Source: Saprolegnia diclina VS20 (Eukaryota). Taken from it: a stretch of 20,000 bases of DNA. The DNA is taken from positions 187,118 to 207,117 of the forward strand of contig NW_008246136.1 in NCBI RefSeq assembly GCF_000281045.1. The letters run 5' to 3'. Positions 19,298 through 20,000 of this stretch are shown here, piece after piece (positions within the stretch are counted from its first letter, which is position 1; each line of letters opens with the position of its first letter). Under the pieces are notes generated by a model that saw nothing but the letters and a program-made list of their open reading frames with translations, ran no database searches and was not told where the DNA came from. The translations under genes and the position numbers were made by a program.

Positions 19298-20000
19298 GAT
19301 TTGTTGGTGTCGGTGGCAAATGGATGGCGGGGCTGGCGCCTGCGATGTGTCGGGCGTCACCGCCTCTGCGCAGTGGCTTTGCTGTGTTATAGAAGTGGCT
19401 TCGGAGTTGACGGGATTCTTGTGTCGGACCTACTATCCAGCAACTGCAAGATTCGAACACGCGACAGTGCATAGAGTAAATGGCGACAGCCTTGCACATT
19501 GATGTGCTACCGAAGGAAGTCGACCAAGCGTCTTGGATCAGTCTTTCCTATATGCCCGGTTGGGATCCCACAGGTTAGGATCCCAGCAGCGGCACCGCCT
19601 GTCTGCCGGTGGCAAGGCAGCGAGCGAAATGTCGTAAATCGACTCTGGGCGGCGACACCCATGATACAGTACTTCTCAACCTTGAGTATCCGTGTCCGAT
19701 ATCGCCACAGCCACCTGCATTCGATGTGTGGCCGTGCAAATTTGGCAGTGCTGGGTGGATGTTTCTTATACGATAAGAAATATGGTGCGTTTAGAATGTC
19801 GGCGCACTTGGGTGATGCACCAAGAGTCCGATCAACCTCGGCTTCGTCGCAATCGATGCCACCGCAAAAAAGCCAAACAGTAGTACCTCTCTACACGCCG
19901 CACGTGCCACCGCTGCCATGAGGTACATGGTACATTGCCTCTGCAAACGCGACGTTCAATACAATGCAGGAAAGTAGCACGAAGCGAAGAGCTCGGTGTC

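Noticed and set aside
18414..19502. ORFs running through the N gap
   Set aside because: Artefacts of translating N bases.
19298..20000. ORF 19499-19921 and post-gap sequence as a gene or transposon
   Set aside because: No domain motifs, terminal repeats or coding-like codon bias were recognised.
1..20000. Prokaryotic systems (operon, CRISPR array, IS element, rRNA/tRNA)
   Set aside because: Spliceosomal introns and eukaryote-specific genes show this is nuclear eukaryotic DNA; no repeat-spacer array, transposase or structural RNA was seen.

Overview
Eukaryotic, GC-rich, gene-dense DNA with very short (~42-56 nt) GT-AG introns, most consistent with an oomycete (Saprolegniales-like; this is inference). 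From left to right: (1) the 3' part of a multi-exon importin-5/karyopherin-beta3 gene (+); (2) an intronless secreted, Cys-rich, probably GPI-anchored protein of unknown function (+); (3,4) two diverged, head-to-head paralogs encoding unusually short VPS13/chorein-N proteins that both carry an internal C2-like domain and a C-terminal PH-like domain; (5) a small CCT-domain protein (-); (6) an intronless 988-aa natural fusion of an atypical cytochrome P450 (N-terminal, myristoylation-like start) with a non-heme-iron lipoxygenase domain (C-terminal), a candidate one-polypeptide oxylipin pathway and the most interesting element; then an assembly gap and ~700 bp with no interpretable feature. Exon boundaries were read by eye and domain calls come from motif recognition, not database searches.
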